From Trichosphaerium sp. ATCC 40318 (Eukaryota > Protista > Tubulinea): a DNA stretch of 64,000 bases. The notes under the pieces are model-generated. The model was not told the DNA's origin and did no database searches. It saw only the letters and a program-made list of their open reading frames with translations. This document shows positions 12,936 through 25,314 of this stretch, piece by piece. Positions within the stretch are counted from its first letter, which is position 1, and every line of letters begins with the position of its first letter. A program made the position numbers and the translations under genes. The stretch is taken from NCBI GenBank assembly GCA_038496445.1, contig JALMLS010000404.1, positions 124,001 through 188,000 of the forward strand. Direction: 5' to 3'.

Positions 12936-14677
12936 CTTTGTCGTAAGACAATGTGACTTTGTTGGACCAGTGTGCAGCTCAGAAAAACAACTAATGTGGA
13001 ACGCACGGTGCTCCATTTATTTGTTGAAGATTTAGATAATTACGGAGGCGTTGCAGTTACCGTGTCAATTCGGTTTTTTAACTATTTTGCGTGTTTCTAT
13101 CACAATACAAATGTACAGAATACAAAAGATCATATCGCGTCATCAAGTCTTTTACAAAAAGACAACTTTTACAAATATCTGTGTCACGTGATTAAATGTT
13201 TTAAATTTCAAATGAAATGCGCAAAAAAAGATCAAGGTATTATCTCTTATCGCTCACAATACTATCAACGCGAAATAACCCAAAATTAGATGCATAAAAT
13301 CAATCGTGAAGGTAAAATTTCTCCATCTCGAAGTTCCAACTTTGTGCATCTGGAACGCCCGAAAATAAAAATAAAAACAGATCTCCATGTGCTGTACTTT
13401 TAAATACATGTATTGATTAACAGGTGCGTGCGCCTACACTTGTTTTGCAAGTTCTGTTAACCAAATAACGGTTTTTTTTAACACTGGTATTCAATTTGTA
13501 GTGCTCTACATTGCTACTTCGCCTGATACAGCACTTTGTTTGCATTGAGCAGTTCTAACTTACAAAAATAACTAACACTAGGTGGATAATTAACTGACTG
13601 CTACGGATAATAGACAGGCAAAGACGCCAGTTCTAAAAATGTCTTATAAATAAATGTTGTACTATGGCAAATAACTATCTATATTTAATTACAACGCTTG
13701 GCTAGCTGTGCATTTGCGACAAAATTAAATAGTTTGGACAGTACATTGTGTAATATACTCTGAGCAAAGGGTATCAACGTGATAATAATCTATCATTGTA
13801 TGTTATTTTTAATCTGTTTTTTTCAATACAACAGAAATGGAATCATTGTGCTGAAGAACCACTTCGTTTTCAGCATTAAGGTCATCATTTATAGACATTG
13901 TACCAAGAACAATCATCTTAGAATGAGGATGACGTTCTGTCAGTATTTTCTTGAACATAGCCAAGGTAGACTACAAATTGCAAACAGGTTAAAAAGCAAC
14001 ACAACAAAATAAGGGATGGTTGTAGCTCGTACATTTACTGGTATCTCCACTGTTTTAGGTGAGGTTCCTAGTATACTCTCACAGTTCTTTGGGAATGAGA
14101 AAGATACACGAATCTTCTACATCAAAGGTTAACAGAGTACAATCTCTAAAAAAGAATGCAAGGTTCAAAGAAGCTTAAAAGGCTGTAATTATTTAGGTTT
14201 CAGGAAGTTTACTCTAACACGTGCGAGAAGAAACCCCTATAAGGAGCCTACTTGGTAAAAACATGCGAAAACACAATCATAAAGGAGCATATGTAACCAG
14301 CAAAGCAAGTAAACCTTACAATACAAAAAAGAAAAAAAACAATATTAAAGTTTTGTTTTGGCGGTTGTGGTAAATTAGGTAAAGCACAATAACAGATATC
14401 GTACAGAAGGTGGTAAATACGTATTGGTTTTATCTACATAATATGGTCCTGCCTTGCCAGACGTAAAGTGCAGCATAGTAGCCTAAACACAACATTAGCA
14501 AGTACAACAACCATAAAATCTTCACTACCATGTTAATAGCCGTAAGCTGAGTGTATCAGGTAGCCTCAAATGTAAGTTCAAGCAAGGTAAAAGGTGAAGC
14601 ATTTTTGTACAAATAGAGCTCAGTTACCTGAACGAGATTCAAAGATTTTTGTACACTTTATTTTTTGTTTGTTTAAG

Positions 14678-17600
14678 TTAGCTTTCAATTGTATCTAACG
14701 GTTCTTCACCTTCTCTCATATCATCATCACTAGTAGGTTCTTCACTACTACTTTCTTCAGCATCAGAAGTATCTGAATCTTCACTGTAATCACTACTTTC
14801 ATCGTCTTCTTCGCTAGTCTCATCGTTTTCTTCGCTACTTTCTTCTTCGCTGCTTTCTTCACTGCTTTCTTCACTGCTCTCTTCTTCGCTGCTTTCTTCG
14901 CTGCTTTCTTCACTACTTTCTTCTTCACTACTGCTGCTTTCTTCACTAGTGTCCTTTGATATGGTTGGAGCAGGTTGAGGTGTTGAATAAATATCGCGGT
15001 CTGTATTAACAGAACCTGGCATTTTACCAGCAGCACGGAGAGGTGTTGAATTAACAGTTTTAGGCTGTTCTGATCTGAAAATAACAAAGTATGCAATTAC
15101 AATAATGGCTACAAGTATAATAACTGTAACAACAACTAAAGAGCAAGTGAGAAAAAGAAGATGAATGTAAAAAAATCTTTACCAACTATAATGATAGGAA
15201 TTGTATCATCACTTGTTGGCGATTCTGTGGATGTTGATGTTGAAGGAGTTTGAGTAGTTACAGGAGAAGCTGATACAGGTGAGGTTGTTGCAGGAGATGC
15301 AACAATAAGTGATGAAGGCTGCAATGCTGCTGGAGCAGTCTATTGAACAAAAAGTAAGAAGAAAATCCATGATTTTATCACAAGAAAGAAACGTACAACA
15401 ACGCTTTGTCCTGCATTTGTAACAATAGATGTTGTAGTTGCAAGTTTTGTAGGATCATTTAAGTAAGATGACACTACACTAGCAATACTTCCAGAACCTA
15501 TAACAATCACAATAAGCAAAAAAACAAGCAAGCCAAAAGGTTTTTTTTTTAAAAGATGTCTTCATACCACTGTTACTGTTTATTGATACAACGACCGTTG
15601 TTTGTGCCTGACGCTTATTACTAGTACTAGATTTTTGTGCTATAGTACCATCAGAGCTATTAAGGCCCATCCCTGTAAGTATAGCACCACCAACTGTGTT
15701 TACAACACTAGCAGGTGCAGGGAAGGGTTCAGCAATAACTAATCCGACTTCAATACCTGCACAAACAAACTAAGTTAACATACAGTCACGTGTCGTCAAT
15801 AAACGTTAACAAATGGGCAGCAAAAGAAAGCTCAAAACACATCAAACAAGCCCAAGAGAAACTTAAACCGTACCTGTCTCTGGGCATGCTGTTGCTGGGT
15901 TTCCAGATGAGAATGTTATAAAACCACGCTGTAAAAATCGTAAGGTGAGTATGTAATTAAGGTTAGATACTTGGAACTAAGAAAAATGATCGTACACCAA
16001 GAGTCCAAGTTGTTACAGCACCTGAAAAAACAAAAGCAAAATTTATTGTAGGGTAGAAAGGTGCAGTGCCATTAAACACTGTAGGTTGTGTTGTACTACC
16101 AACAGGGGATATCATGTTATTATCACCAATAGGTACTGTGATTTCTTCGGTCTATAAGAGAAAGGTTTAAGACAAGTTAAAAAAATGAGTGTTCGAACAT
16201 TGACGTACAGTCACCCATCCTAGATAAGCAGTAAATGTACCATCGTTATTATCTTGGATACAATCACCTCTAGGCTCAATCTAAAACATAACTTAATAAG
16301 TGTGTACAAGCATGGCTACTAGAATAGATTATTGAAGCACATACGTTTGGTAAAGAGCTAGGCACTTGAGTAGGAGCATCTGTTGTAGGTGTAAATACTG
16401 TTGGAGCTACTGTAGTTGGAGAAGCAGTTGTGGGTGGTACTATAGCCATAGATGGCGCATCAGTTGTTGGCATGACAGTAGGTGAAGGTGTCGTTGGTGC
16501 TTCGGTAGTTGGAGAGACAGTTGTTGGAGCTGTTGGTGGAGCTGTTGTCGGTACTGTTGGCGCTTCAGTTGTTGGAGGGACAGTCGTTGGAGGCAGTGTC
16601 GTTGAAGCGGTAGTTGTCGGAGGAACAGTTGTTGGTAATGTTGGTGCTCCCGTTGTTGGGGACACACTTGTTGGAGGAGCAGTAGTGGGTGGAACTGTTG
16701 TTGGTGGGACAGTTGTGGGTGGAACAGTTGTTGGAGGAAGTGTCGTTGGTAGTGTTTCTGGCAATGGAGGGATAGTTGTTGGAGGGACAGTTGTTGGAGG
16801 AACAGTCGTTGGTAGTGTTTCTGGCAATGGAGGGATAGTTGTTGGAGGAACAGTTGTGGGTGGAATAGTTGTTGGAGGGACAGTTGTTGGAGGAACAGTT
16901 GTGGGTGGAACAGTTGTTGGAGGGATAGTTGTTGGAGGAACAGTTGTGGGTGGAATAGTTGTTGGAGGAACAGTTGTGGGTGGAACAGTTGTTGGAGGGA
17001 TAGTTGTTGGAGGGACAGTCGTTGGAGGTAGTGTCGTTGGAGGTAGTGTTGTTGGAGGTATACTTGTGATTGTGTAAATTGTTGTAAAAGAAGTAGGGAC
17101 TCCTACGTCAGGTAGATCAACCCTATATCAAGTTTTAGTTTTGAGGATGTGCTAGAATAAAGTTTCCAAAAAAAGGTGGCTGTACATTATTGTTGAGTCA
17201 GTAAATGCTAGTACAGGATCACTCGCATATTCAGTAGATACAAGAACAACGTCTAAAGAGAATTAAAAAGATATGACAATAAAACAAGCGTAAAGGCGTT
17301 TAAACGGTTATAGGAAATAGGTGGACGCGTCAATAGCGATTTGATTGCGTATTGCAAGCCGTCAGAGCGTTTTCTGTCTTAAATCGTTATTTTGTTTTCT
17401 TACCTGCCACCTGCGGCGCATCAAAGTTTATTGTTATGTTTACTGCTTCGTCTAGCATAGTTGAAGTGAATGTTAAAGAAGTTGAATCGATGTCAATTTT
17501 CAAGGTAACACCACCCATTCCAACTATATTATACTCTGGTATAGGAGTGTCTACGTCTGATACGCAAAAGAATGGAATTGTTTTACCAATTGGAACCTCT

Positions 17601-17768
17601 CCGACCGTTGCGATGACGTCAGTACCATCACCTACTATTGCTGTCGCGTTTCCTGTTGCTCCTACTACAAATAGCGTTAAATAGGCTTAAAAGTATATTT
17701 ATTGGCCTACCAAGAGCGTTGACAGCTAATGCAAGTGCTACAATAATAGCAGCAAGTCTCAAAACCAT
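14678..17768 (-). CDS. Secreted mucin-like protein with PPTTV repeats and an acidic Ser/Glu tail, multi-exon
   Basis: Signal-like MVLRLAAIIVALALAVNAL at 17768, long (V/I)PPTT array, globular exon CIQDNNDGTFTAYLGW...VPIGDNNMISP...QPTVF, S/T-rich exons and C-terminal SEESSEEE repeats. Confidence 0.8.
14840..14950. repeat. Coding repeat encoding SEESSEEE
   Basis: Iterated ttcttc(g/a)ctgct units. Confidence 0.75.
16575..17060. repeat. 15-bp coding tandem repeat (PPTTV) with a 60-bp higher-order duplication
   Basis: Repeated gttgttggagg(a/g)aca / gttgtgggtggaaca units; the PPLPETLPTT block occurs twice. Confidence 0.9.
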
Positions 17769-17859
17769 TTTAGTGCTGTTTAGGCAAGTGGGTTTTTGCT
17801 AGTATGTTCGTTTTTGGCATGACACGACATTTCTTGACTTGCAGAAATGCTTGCAGTAA

Positions 17860-18065
17860 AGCACATTGTTTTAGCGCTAAGCCTGATTCCTTCGGGATAG
17901 TCTGTAAGTATAGGTAGCCTTGTGCAACTATGCAAGCTAAAACATTAGTGTATCTATGGGTACTTCACGTGAGCATAAAAGCAGAAAGTCACGTGGGTGC
18001 TACAAATCGGAGTGTCCTTTCAAAAGTAAACTCACCTCTACAATAAGTCAAATCCCATGATTTAC
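17860..18065. mobile_element. Diverged copy of the MITE-like element at 42191-42427
   Basis: Shares gtagcc...gcaact...agtgtat...gagcataa...agaaagtcacgtg..tgctacaaa...gtcaaatcc...atttac, in the same order, with the 42.2-42.4 kb copy. Confidence 0.55.
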
Positions 18066-18350
18066 TTTGTAGCACATGCTACTGTCTCACTACCTTGACT
18101 CTAAATTGTTCACAATTGATTAAATAGGGGCAGCATCGCTTTGTACAATACTACCATTTGGCCAAGGGAACTGGTTGCCTTTTGTTTAAAGGAGAAAATG
18201 AACATGTGCTGGCGTCCTATGCGCAAGCGAAAGAGTTTGCCTTGCTTGCTTAACAGTTTCAATGAATGAACACACTTATGGAAAGAGTTTTGTAGTCAAA
18301 AAGAACATTATTTGCCAAACGTTACATTGCGTAGACGCTCTATTGAAGCC

Positions 18351-18998
18351 ATGAATAAACAACAACATACTAGGGAATCTGTTGGTGGGAAAAAGGCTCC
18401 GCGGAGGTACAACCGTATACTAGACCTTCCATTGGAGTTACAGCTTGATATTATGGAAGAAGGTGAAATAAATATGAAATGGCCTCTTTTTTCAAAGCAA
18501 GCAGCAACGACAACCAGGTTTGATAGTAATCTAAATAAACATGGTAAATGGGTTAAATACAAGACGGACAAGAATAAAAATATGTATTTGGTGTCAAAGG
18601 AATACTGGAAACATGGAAAACGCAATGGAGATTCGCAAAAAATGAATAAAAATGGAACTATCAGGATACATTGTTCCTTTGTTGATAACAAGCTTGAGGG
18701 AGTTTACAAACATTGGCATGAAAATGGTATGGTTTGGGAGGATTCTAATTACATTAATGGTGTCCAAGAAGGCAAGTGCAGACTTTGGTTTAGTAATGGT
18801 TCAATACAACAAAAAAGTCACTATGTCAATGGCTTATTTAGCGGAGAATATAAGAGCTATTATCCAAATGGTGTATTGAAAATACACTGTTTCTATAAGA
18901 AAGGAAAGGTATCTGGTGAATATAAACAATGGAGCAGACTTGGTGTTCTAAAGGAACACTGTTATAAACATGATGGTAAATCTTGGCGCATTAGTTAA
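18351..18998 (+). CDS. F-box-like + MORN2 (YwqK-type) repeat protein
   Basis: ILDLPLELQLDIM N-terminus, then 24-aa repeats such as GVYKHWHENG, GKCRLWFSNG and GEYKSYYPNG. Confidence 0.85.
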   Translation: MNKQQHTRESVGGKKAPRRYNRILDLPLELQLDIMEEGEINMKWPLFSKQAATTTRFDSNLNKHGKWVKYKTDKNKNMYLVSKEYWKHGKRNGDSQKMNKNGTIRIHCSFVDNKLEGVYKHWHENGMVWEDSNYINGVQEGKCRLWFSNGSIQQKSHYVNGLFSGEYKSYYPNGVLKIHCFYKKGKVSGEYKQWSRLGVLKEHCYKHDGKSWRIS

Positions 18999-19238
18999 GT
19001 TCTTTCTATTAGATAAAACCACATGTTTTGGGAACTGTATATTGCGCCTCATTGTGTTTGTGTGCACAAACAAATAAACCCTTTATTCACTCTGAGTTTT
19101 TATCCAGAGTTTGGATATGTCTTTCTTTTTATTCTTTGAAGTTGGTTTTGAGCAAATACAGTGCAAACAACTTTGTCCTTCCAGCTAATGTTCCGCCCAT
19201 TGCAATTAGATATGCATTAAACAAATGAGGCAACAGAT

Positions 19239-20260
19239 TTAAAACATAAAGCATAAAAGGGTGCTGATCACAACGATCAAAAACCCAACCACTAGCAATA
19301 CAATGCAAATACACAATATCCTATATTCGCTCATATCATTAAGTTTTGTACTGTAGTCTTCTGCAATTAGTTGTCCATTTAAATCCCATTCTTTACTCCA
19401 TAGACGCACACCATACTTAAGCATAACTACACTCCTAAGTTTGCCATTAAAATACCACATCTTACGCTCTCCATGTTGTTTATTTTGGACACACTTGAAC
19501 TTCTTTTCTAATTGGCCATTTCTATACCATGCTTTATACTCTCCTTCTATCTTCCCATCAACACAATAGTATTCACTGTGCAGCTGCCCATTATCATGCC
19601 ACCCCTTGAACTCTCCTTCTTCTTTGCCTTTGATGTAATAACCGTGAATGATCATGTTGCCATTATCATAAAAAGACTTGTATTCTCCTTCAAGAAAACC
19701 ATCTATGTAGTAACAATGCTTCTTTAAACGTTTAAATCGATCCCACTCTTTGTACTCCCCATGAAGCTGGCCATGTCTAAAATTACACTCAGACTACCAT
19801 AAATTAGTCACAAACAATAAACATCATGCGTATACACATGACCACGTGGAGTTGAAACTATTTTTCACAACGAATTTAAATTAGTCTTGTAAATGTATCG
19901 TTGGTTGAGTGCACTCAACATCACTATATTGGTTTAGGTTGCTTTTTCTTGTTTGTTTACCTTACGGTGATAGTGGATAGAGCGCTTATTTCGAGTATTA
20001 GGGTCGAAAAAATACTTAATTTTGCTTTTTATCCACTTTCCATGTTTTTTAAGTTCATCATCAAACCTTGTGGTTGTTGCCGTGTATTTTGATAGAAGAG
20101 GCCATTGTACATAGACTGCAAAGTCTACATCAATCATATCAAGCTGTAGCTCAAGCGGAAGGTTCAACACGTGACAATATTCTGATTTCGAAGCACTCAT
20201 CATGTATCTCTTCTCGTGTGATGTTATGCGTTTCAGATACTCTGAACTTAACAAGTGCAC
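19239..20260 (-). CDS. F-box-like + MORN2 repeat protein with C-terminal TM anchor (one intron, 19960-19794)
   Basis: Exon 1 VLNLPLELQLDMI...TTTRFDDELKKHGKW. A gtaaac...tag intron joins it in frame to SECNFRHGQLHGEYKEW and MORN2 repeats, ending ILCICIVLLVVGFLIVVISTLLCFMF. Confidence 0.8.
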
Positions 20261-20514
20261 AACTTAATAGCACGAACACTAGAGAACAAGACGCTCAATA
20301 CACGTGCTACGCTATGTGTATTGTAAATTAACATAACATTGCATTGAGTTTACAACTATGTATTGTAGCTTACACCTCAAAAAATTCTCTGCCTGGCAAG
20401 AGATCCAAAAAGCAAAGACCCACGTGGTAATTTGTTATTGTTTATTTTGTTCGTTGACATTGAAATGTGCAAGCAATCAAAATGCTGGCCACGAACGACA
20501 TGACCATTTGACGA

Positions 20515-20748
20515 TCAATCTTCTGCGTTGTCCATTTTTTTTAATAACGGTGAGGTTTGTAGTATACTTGCTGCGTCACGAGGTTTATCATCGATTTTAG
20601 CTGCGAGTGGTTTATGTCTAAGCTTTCCAGATGTAGGATTCAACATTCGAAGCAAAGCACCCGGTGGTCGTATTACAGGCGTTGTATTCTTTGTTGAGCC
20701 TTGATTTTGCGTATTTGCGCCCTTATTGGTTGTATTGTTGGTTGACAT
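20515..20748 (-). CDS. Small hydrophilic hypothetical protein
   Basis: ATG-started 77-aa ORF with natural-looking composition; no motif recognised. Confidence 0.35.
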   Translation of the reverse strand: MSTNNTTNKGANTQNQGSTKNTTPVIRPPGALLRMLNPTSGKLRHKPLAAKIDDKPRDAASILQTSPLLKKMDNAED

Positions 20749-21577
20749 TCGTTTTGCGCTGGGGAGAGGGTGCTAGGATGTAAATTCCAAACTATTGACA
20801 TGCGCTAAGTCAGTGTATTGGTAAACGCTTTCTTAACTCAGTTTATCGTAAAGTTTTTCAACAAACGCTGTAAAAACTTGCAAGTAAAGAAATTCGCTGC
20901 ATATAAAATAACAAGGTCATCGGTATTACTCACCAATCATTCGTCACGTGACTTAGATTTTCTTGGGTTTTTTTGGATTAGTGTCCCACATAATATCATA
21001 ACAAGTGAGTCTGGTGGCGGAACAACAATATTAGCAGTGTGCAACATTTGGCGTGAGCTGACGGTGACAACATTTCGTATGAAGAATTTACGTAGGTTTG
21101 CCAAGGTACTCATAGTGTATTGTGTCTTCTTCGTTCGATAGAGATGAGAAAAGAGCTGAACGGCGTACGGCTTCAGTATTTTTTTTTCTTACATATGTTT
21201 GTTTAATCTCCTGTGGAGTATTCACACGCACTGAAACTGCGTCAGAAGACAAAATAAAAATTATTTGAGCGCTTACGTGACTTTTATTCAAATGTCTCCC
21301 TCCGCTTCTCCTACACAAGCCTGTGACGCTATTGCTGGATGCTAGAGTATTTAAATACAAACACATAAAAAGCCTTTCGCGTACTTACATTTAGATCACG
21401 GTTTTATCACGTGTTGACTGTGGTAGGCGCACTACAAGTTTCTATTAGGTCTACCACACAAAATGCCATCCTTTGACTGCTTGTGTTTGCGGTCTCTTCC
21501 AAACTGATAGCCATACGTCTGTTGACGCTTGATTGTAGATTTAACCAAGTTTGACCATTTTTACTTAAAATAAGATT

Positions 21578-24500
21578 ATGTTGGTATCACGTGCGTTTGT
21601 GGCTTGTATACTACTCGTAGTCTCTTCGAACTACGTATGTAGCCGTAGTACTGCGTCCACAACCGACTTGGAAATAGTAAAAGACAATTACAGGCAAACC
21701 GTTTACCACCGCTTCAAACGTTCTTATTTCTTGTACTAGGAGTATATTCCTTGCGTCAGCAAGTCATGAGCCTCAAGATGCGACTGTAAAGCAGTATATG
21801 GCCACACTTGAGAAGAATGGAACTTGGCCTGATATTGGCACGTGTTTTAAACCGATTTAACAGTGTCTTTTAGTTTCAAATCCAATTTTCTTTATGGTAT
21901 TCTAACTTTGTTTTAGATTACAAAGATCAAGAACGCTCCGGGTGGAAGACTGTAGAGCATCTAAAGCGTGTTACTACAATGGTAGAAGTTTACAGTCTAA
22001 ATGGTGGATCATTGTATCATGACAAAACGCTTTGGGAAACGGTAAACTAACAACTTCTTTCTTGATGATTTTTTAACCTTCGAAAAGTTGAATCTCGCGT
22101 TTAATTTCTGGCTTGAGAAAGACTTCAAAAACCCGAACTGGTACTGTAAAGATACGACGATTATTTTAATAATAACACAGGTGGTGGAATGAAATTGGTG
22201 TTCCATTGCAGATGGGAGAGATTGCAGTTTTAGTTGGATCAGAACTAAACAACAACCAAACTTCGAAGATGGTTCAAATTATGGCAAGAGCTGATTGGAA
22301 AGGTTGGACTGGAGAGAACACTGTATGGATGGCTGTGATCCATACTTACAGTGCTTGTCTTACTGGAGACGTCTCGTACATGTCAGAGGCGTTTGATAAG
22401 TGAGTTGTAGCTTACAGACTTATTCCTAACAAGTTTGTTTTACAACAGGATTTACTCAACTGTTGTTTTCACACCTGGTGAAGAAGATGGTATTAAAATA
22501 GATGGTTCATTCTTTCAACATGGTTCCAGAGTGAGATCGTGTCATTACGTTGTTTAACTGATACAGTGAATAGCTGTATTCTGGTAGTTACGGCGCTTCA
22601 TTTACAGCCGATTTAGTTCAAGTTATTTTCTCAACAAAGAATACTTCTTTTGAGATTCCTCAAAGTAAGCTATCAATACTTTCCAAAGACGTACTTGATG
22701 GTCAACAAGTAGGTTTATTTATTATCAAACTTACCTTACCAACACTACTTGTAGTGGCTAATGCGTGGTGGTTTGTGGGATATTTCATGCAAAGGTAAAG
22801 GCACATTTAGTTTCTTTTTTTACAGTAGTTGGTAGGACGTGCCATCACTAGGAACAATGGATTGAAAGTTGCTTGGAATGCCACAATGTTAGGTGACGTA
22901 CCTGGATCGCGTCATAGCGAATATGAAGCGTATGCATCTCGTTTAAGTACGTTAGTTCTAAATAAAGCCCTGGTTTTAATAATGTTCTCAAACAGAAACT
23001 GGAAAACCGTTGAAACCAGAAGCAAATAGATTTTTTTGGATGGCTGATTTTATGACACATTATAGACACGCATACACTGTATCAATTAAGAGTACGCAAA
23101 CATGTTTCCTCATAAAACTATGAAAACAACACTAGTGACAAAGAACCGCAACTAATTTATTTTCTTGTACAGTGTTTTCTAAAAGGACATACAATGCTGA
23201 ATGTGTCAACACTGAAGGAAAGAAATCAGTTCATTTATCAGATGGAACCAATTACATTTACACAACAGGTATTCTTTTGGTTGTTCATTTTGCTTTTCAG
23301 AAGAATGTTTTCGCACGTGATTAACATTATTACTTGTTGCTCTAAACTGGTTTGACTTTTGTTTCAAGGCGCTGAATATGTGAATATATTTCCGACTTGG
23401 GACTGGGAGAAGATACCTGGTATTACATCAACAGAAGGTAAAAATAAAAAAAATGTGCTTTTAGTTTTGGTACGCTACTTACTGTTCCAAGGTGGTACAT
23501 TCGATTGTGGCAAAACAAAAACGCTCGGCACAACAAGTTTCGTTGGTGGTGTATCAGATGGACTTTATGGTGTTGCTGCATATGATTTTAGAAGTCCGTT
23601 CAAGGGACCAATCTCTGCAAAGTGCGCTTTCTAATTCACTTTTTTATTCAAACTATTTCGTTAATATTTCGTGCTGCAGAAAGAGTTGGTTCTTTTATGA
23701 TGATTTGGTTGTAGCACTTGGTAACTCTATAAATATATCAACAAACCAAAAAGTAACAACATCTATTAATCAGGTACACACCACTTATGAGGATGTTTAT
23801 TCCTTTTTATCTCTTTGCCAGTTTTTTTGCTGTTAGCAACTGTTTTTACTTGAACCATTGATTTACACGGTTGCCTAGTGCCTACTTGAAGGCGATGTAT
23901 ATACATCTGAATCATCTACACCATTGTCAAAAGGAAAGCATTCTTTATCTTCCCTGAAGTACGTTGAATCTGAAATTGTTCTTATCGCTTTGTTGAATGT
24001 ATTGAAACAGTTTAATTTAGGTGGGTTCATCATAACAATGTCGGATACCTTTTCCCATCACCAACATCTGTACAGCTGAATAACGATGTACAGAATGGAA
24101 CTTGGTTTGAAATCGGTACAGGATCAGACAGTCCAATCTCAAGGTAAAAAAGTTGTCCAAATTGTATTTTGTTTAACATCAAAACATAGAAATGTTTTCA
24201 ACATGTACCTTGACCATGGTGTTGGTGTACAACATGGTTCATACCAATACACTCTTGTACACACACTATCAATTTAATGTAAGCATCTTCCTTACACAAA
24301 TTAGGTACCTGGTGTGTCGTATTCAGACTTCAAGACAAACTTGATGAAATACACAAACCAATTCAAAATAATAAAAAATGACGAATATCAAACATCTGTA
24401 GAAAACACAGGCAAGTCATTATACCCTCCTTGTCTTGTTCATGTATTAACACATATAGACTTATCAATCCTGAGTATTATATTTTGGTCTTCTGGATCAG

Positions 24501-24830
24501 TAAACGGAACAGAATGGTCTGTGACAGCATCACAACCTTCTGTTGTTCAAGTCAGAAAATCAACAAACAAAGGTATACATCAGCTTGCATTTCGTTGTTT
24601 GAGTTAACTTACCTTAAAATAATATCTAACATCTCATCAGTAAGCATCTCAGCATCAAACCCATCTAGAGATGAATCAGGAAATAAACTGGTTGTAACAA
24701 TCAACCAGAAACTGTATGGAACAGGATGTACTGTTAGTGGAGATGATACAAAAGTTTCATTCAATTTCCCAACAGATGACCATGCTGGAGAGCCTATTGT
24801 ACGTTAAGTTAAACAATACGGTCGCTATTT
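21578..24830 (+). CDS. Polysaccharide lyase family 8 (chondroitin AC/hyaluronate lyase-like), copy 1, many short introns
   Basis: Signal peptide, then spliced PL8 motifs GTWPDIDY, NPNWWWNEIGVP, TGENTVW, DGIKIDGSFFQHG, YSGSYG, GRAITR, HLSDG, EYVNIFPTWDWEKIPGIT, FVGGVSDG, AKKSWFF. Confidence 0.92.
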
Positions 24831-24889
24831 GCTTACGACTGCATTTTAGACAATCGCATGCTCAATTGAAGCTTGAAAGCTACATTCTA

Positions 24890-25150
24890 ATAAAACACAA
24901 TCAATATAACTGTGCACTTTCAGCTTTTACTTCTGCTTCAAAATAGTGTCACAAAACCACACCTTATTCATTGTGAATGGCTTTGTTGGAGTACGTTGCA
25001 ATCGTATGAAGATGTGTAGCGATTTAGACTTAAGTACAACGTTCACGGTTTTTGCTTCATCCAAAAAATGAAATACTGAAGTTCTACAATACTATTTCTC
25101 AAATTGTTCTATTTCACTTTTAGGTTCTGAAGAAGCATCTGCGAATACCT
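24890..25150 (-). pseudogene. Truncated paralogous fragment of the neighbouring SPRY gene
   Basis: 24945-25060 aligns loosely with 26935-27050. It encodes HYFEAEVK (vs PYFEAEIV in the intact gene) and then a stop. Confidence 0.45.
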
Positions 25151-25314
25151 CAGGCTATCTTATCACAGAGTTTAAAAATGGTAGTAGCTAAGTGTTTATT
25201 AAGATTCTATTGTTTGCACAAGAGAAGGATAGAAAGTAGTGTTCATTGCTATGTAATAATTGTTCTTGAATTACTTGTTGGTTTTTTGCCAATAATTTAC
25301 CTCGTTCTTGTAGG

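Noticed and set aside
13820-14130. Possible decayed F-box gene (FIDIVPRTIILE)
   Set aside because: Multiple stops and too little similarity to support a call.
14716-15096. Histone-H1-like KKAAKK ORF
   Set aside because: Alternative frame of the SEESSEEE repeat; the acidic frame continues the upstream exon. Dual coding cannot be excluded but is unsupported.
16430-17077. 215-aa Gly/Val ORF on the + strand
   Set aside because: Antisense shadow of the PPTTV repeat.
18351-18998. MORN2 genes as bacterial YwqK antitoxins or bacterial contamination
   Set aside because: No adjacent toxin or operon; the genes are interleaved with spliceosomal genes, carry F-box-like N-termini, and one has an intron.
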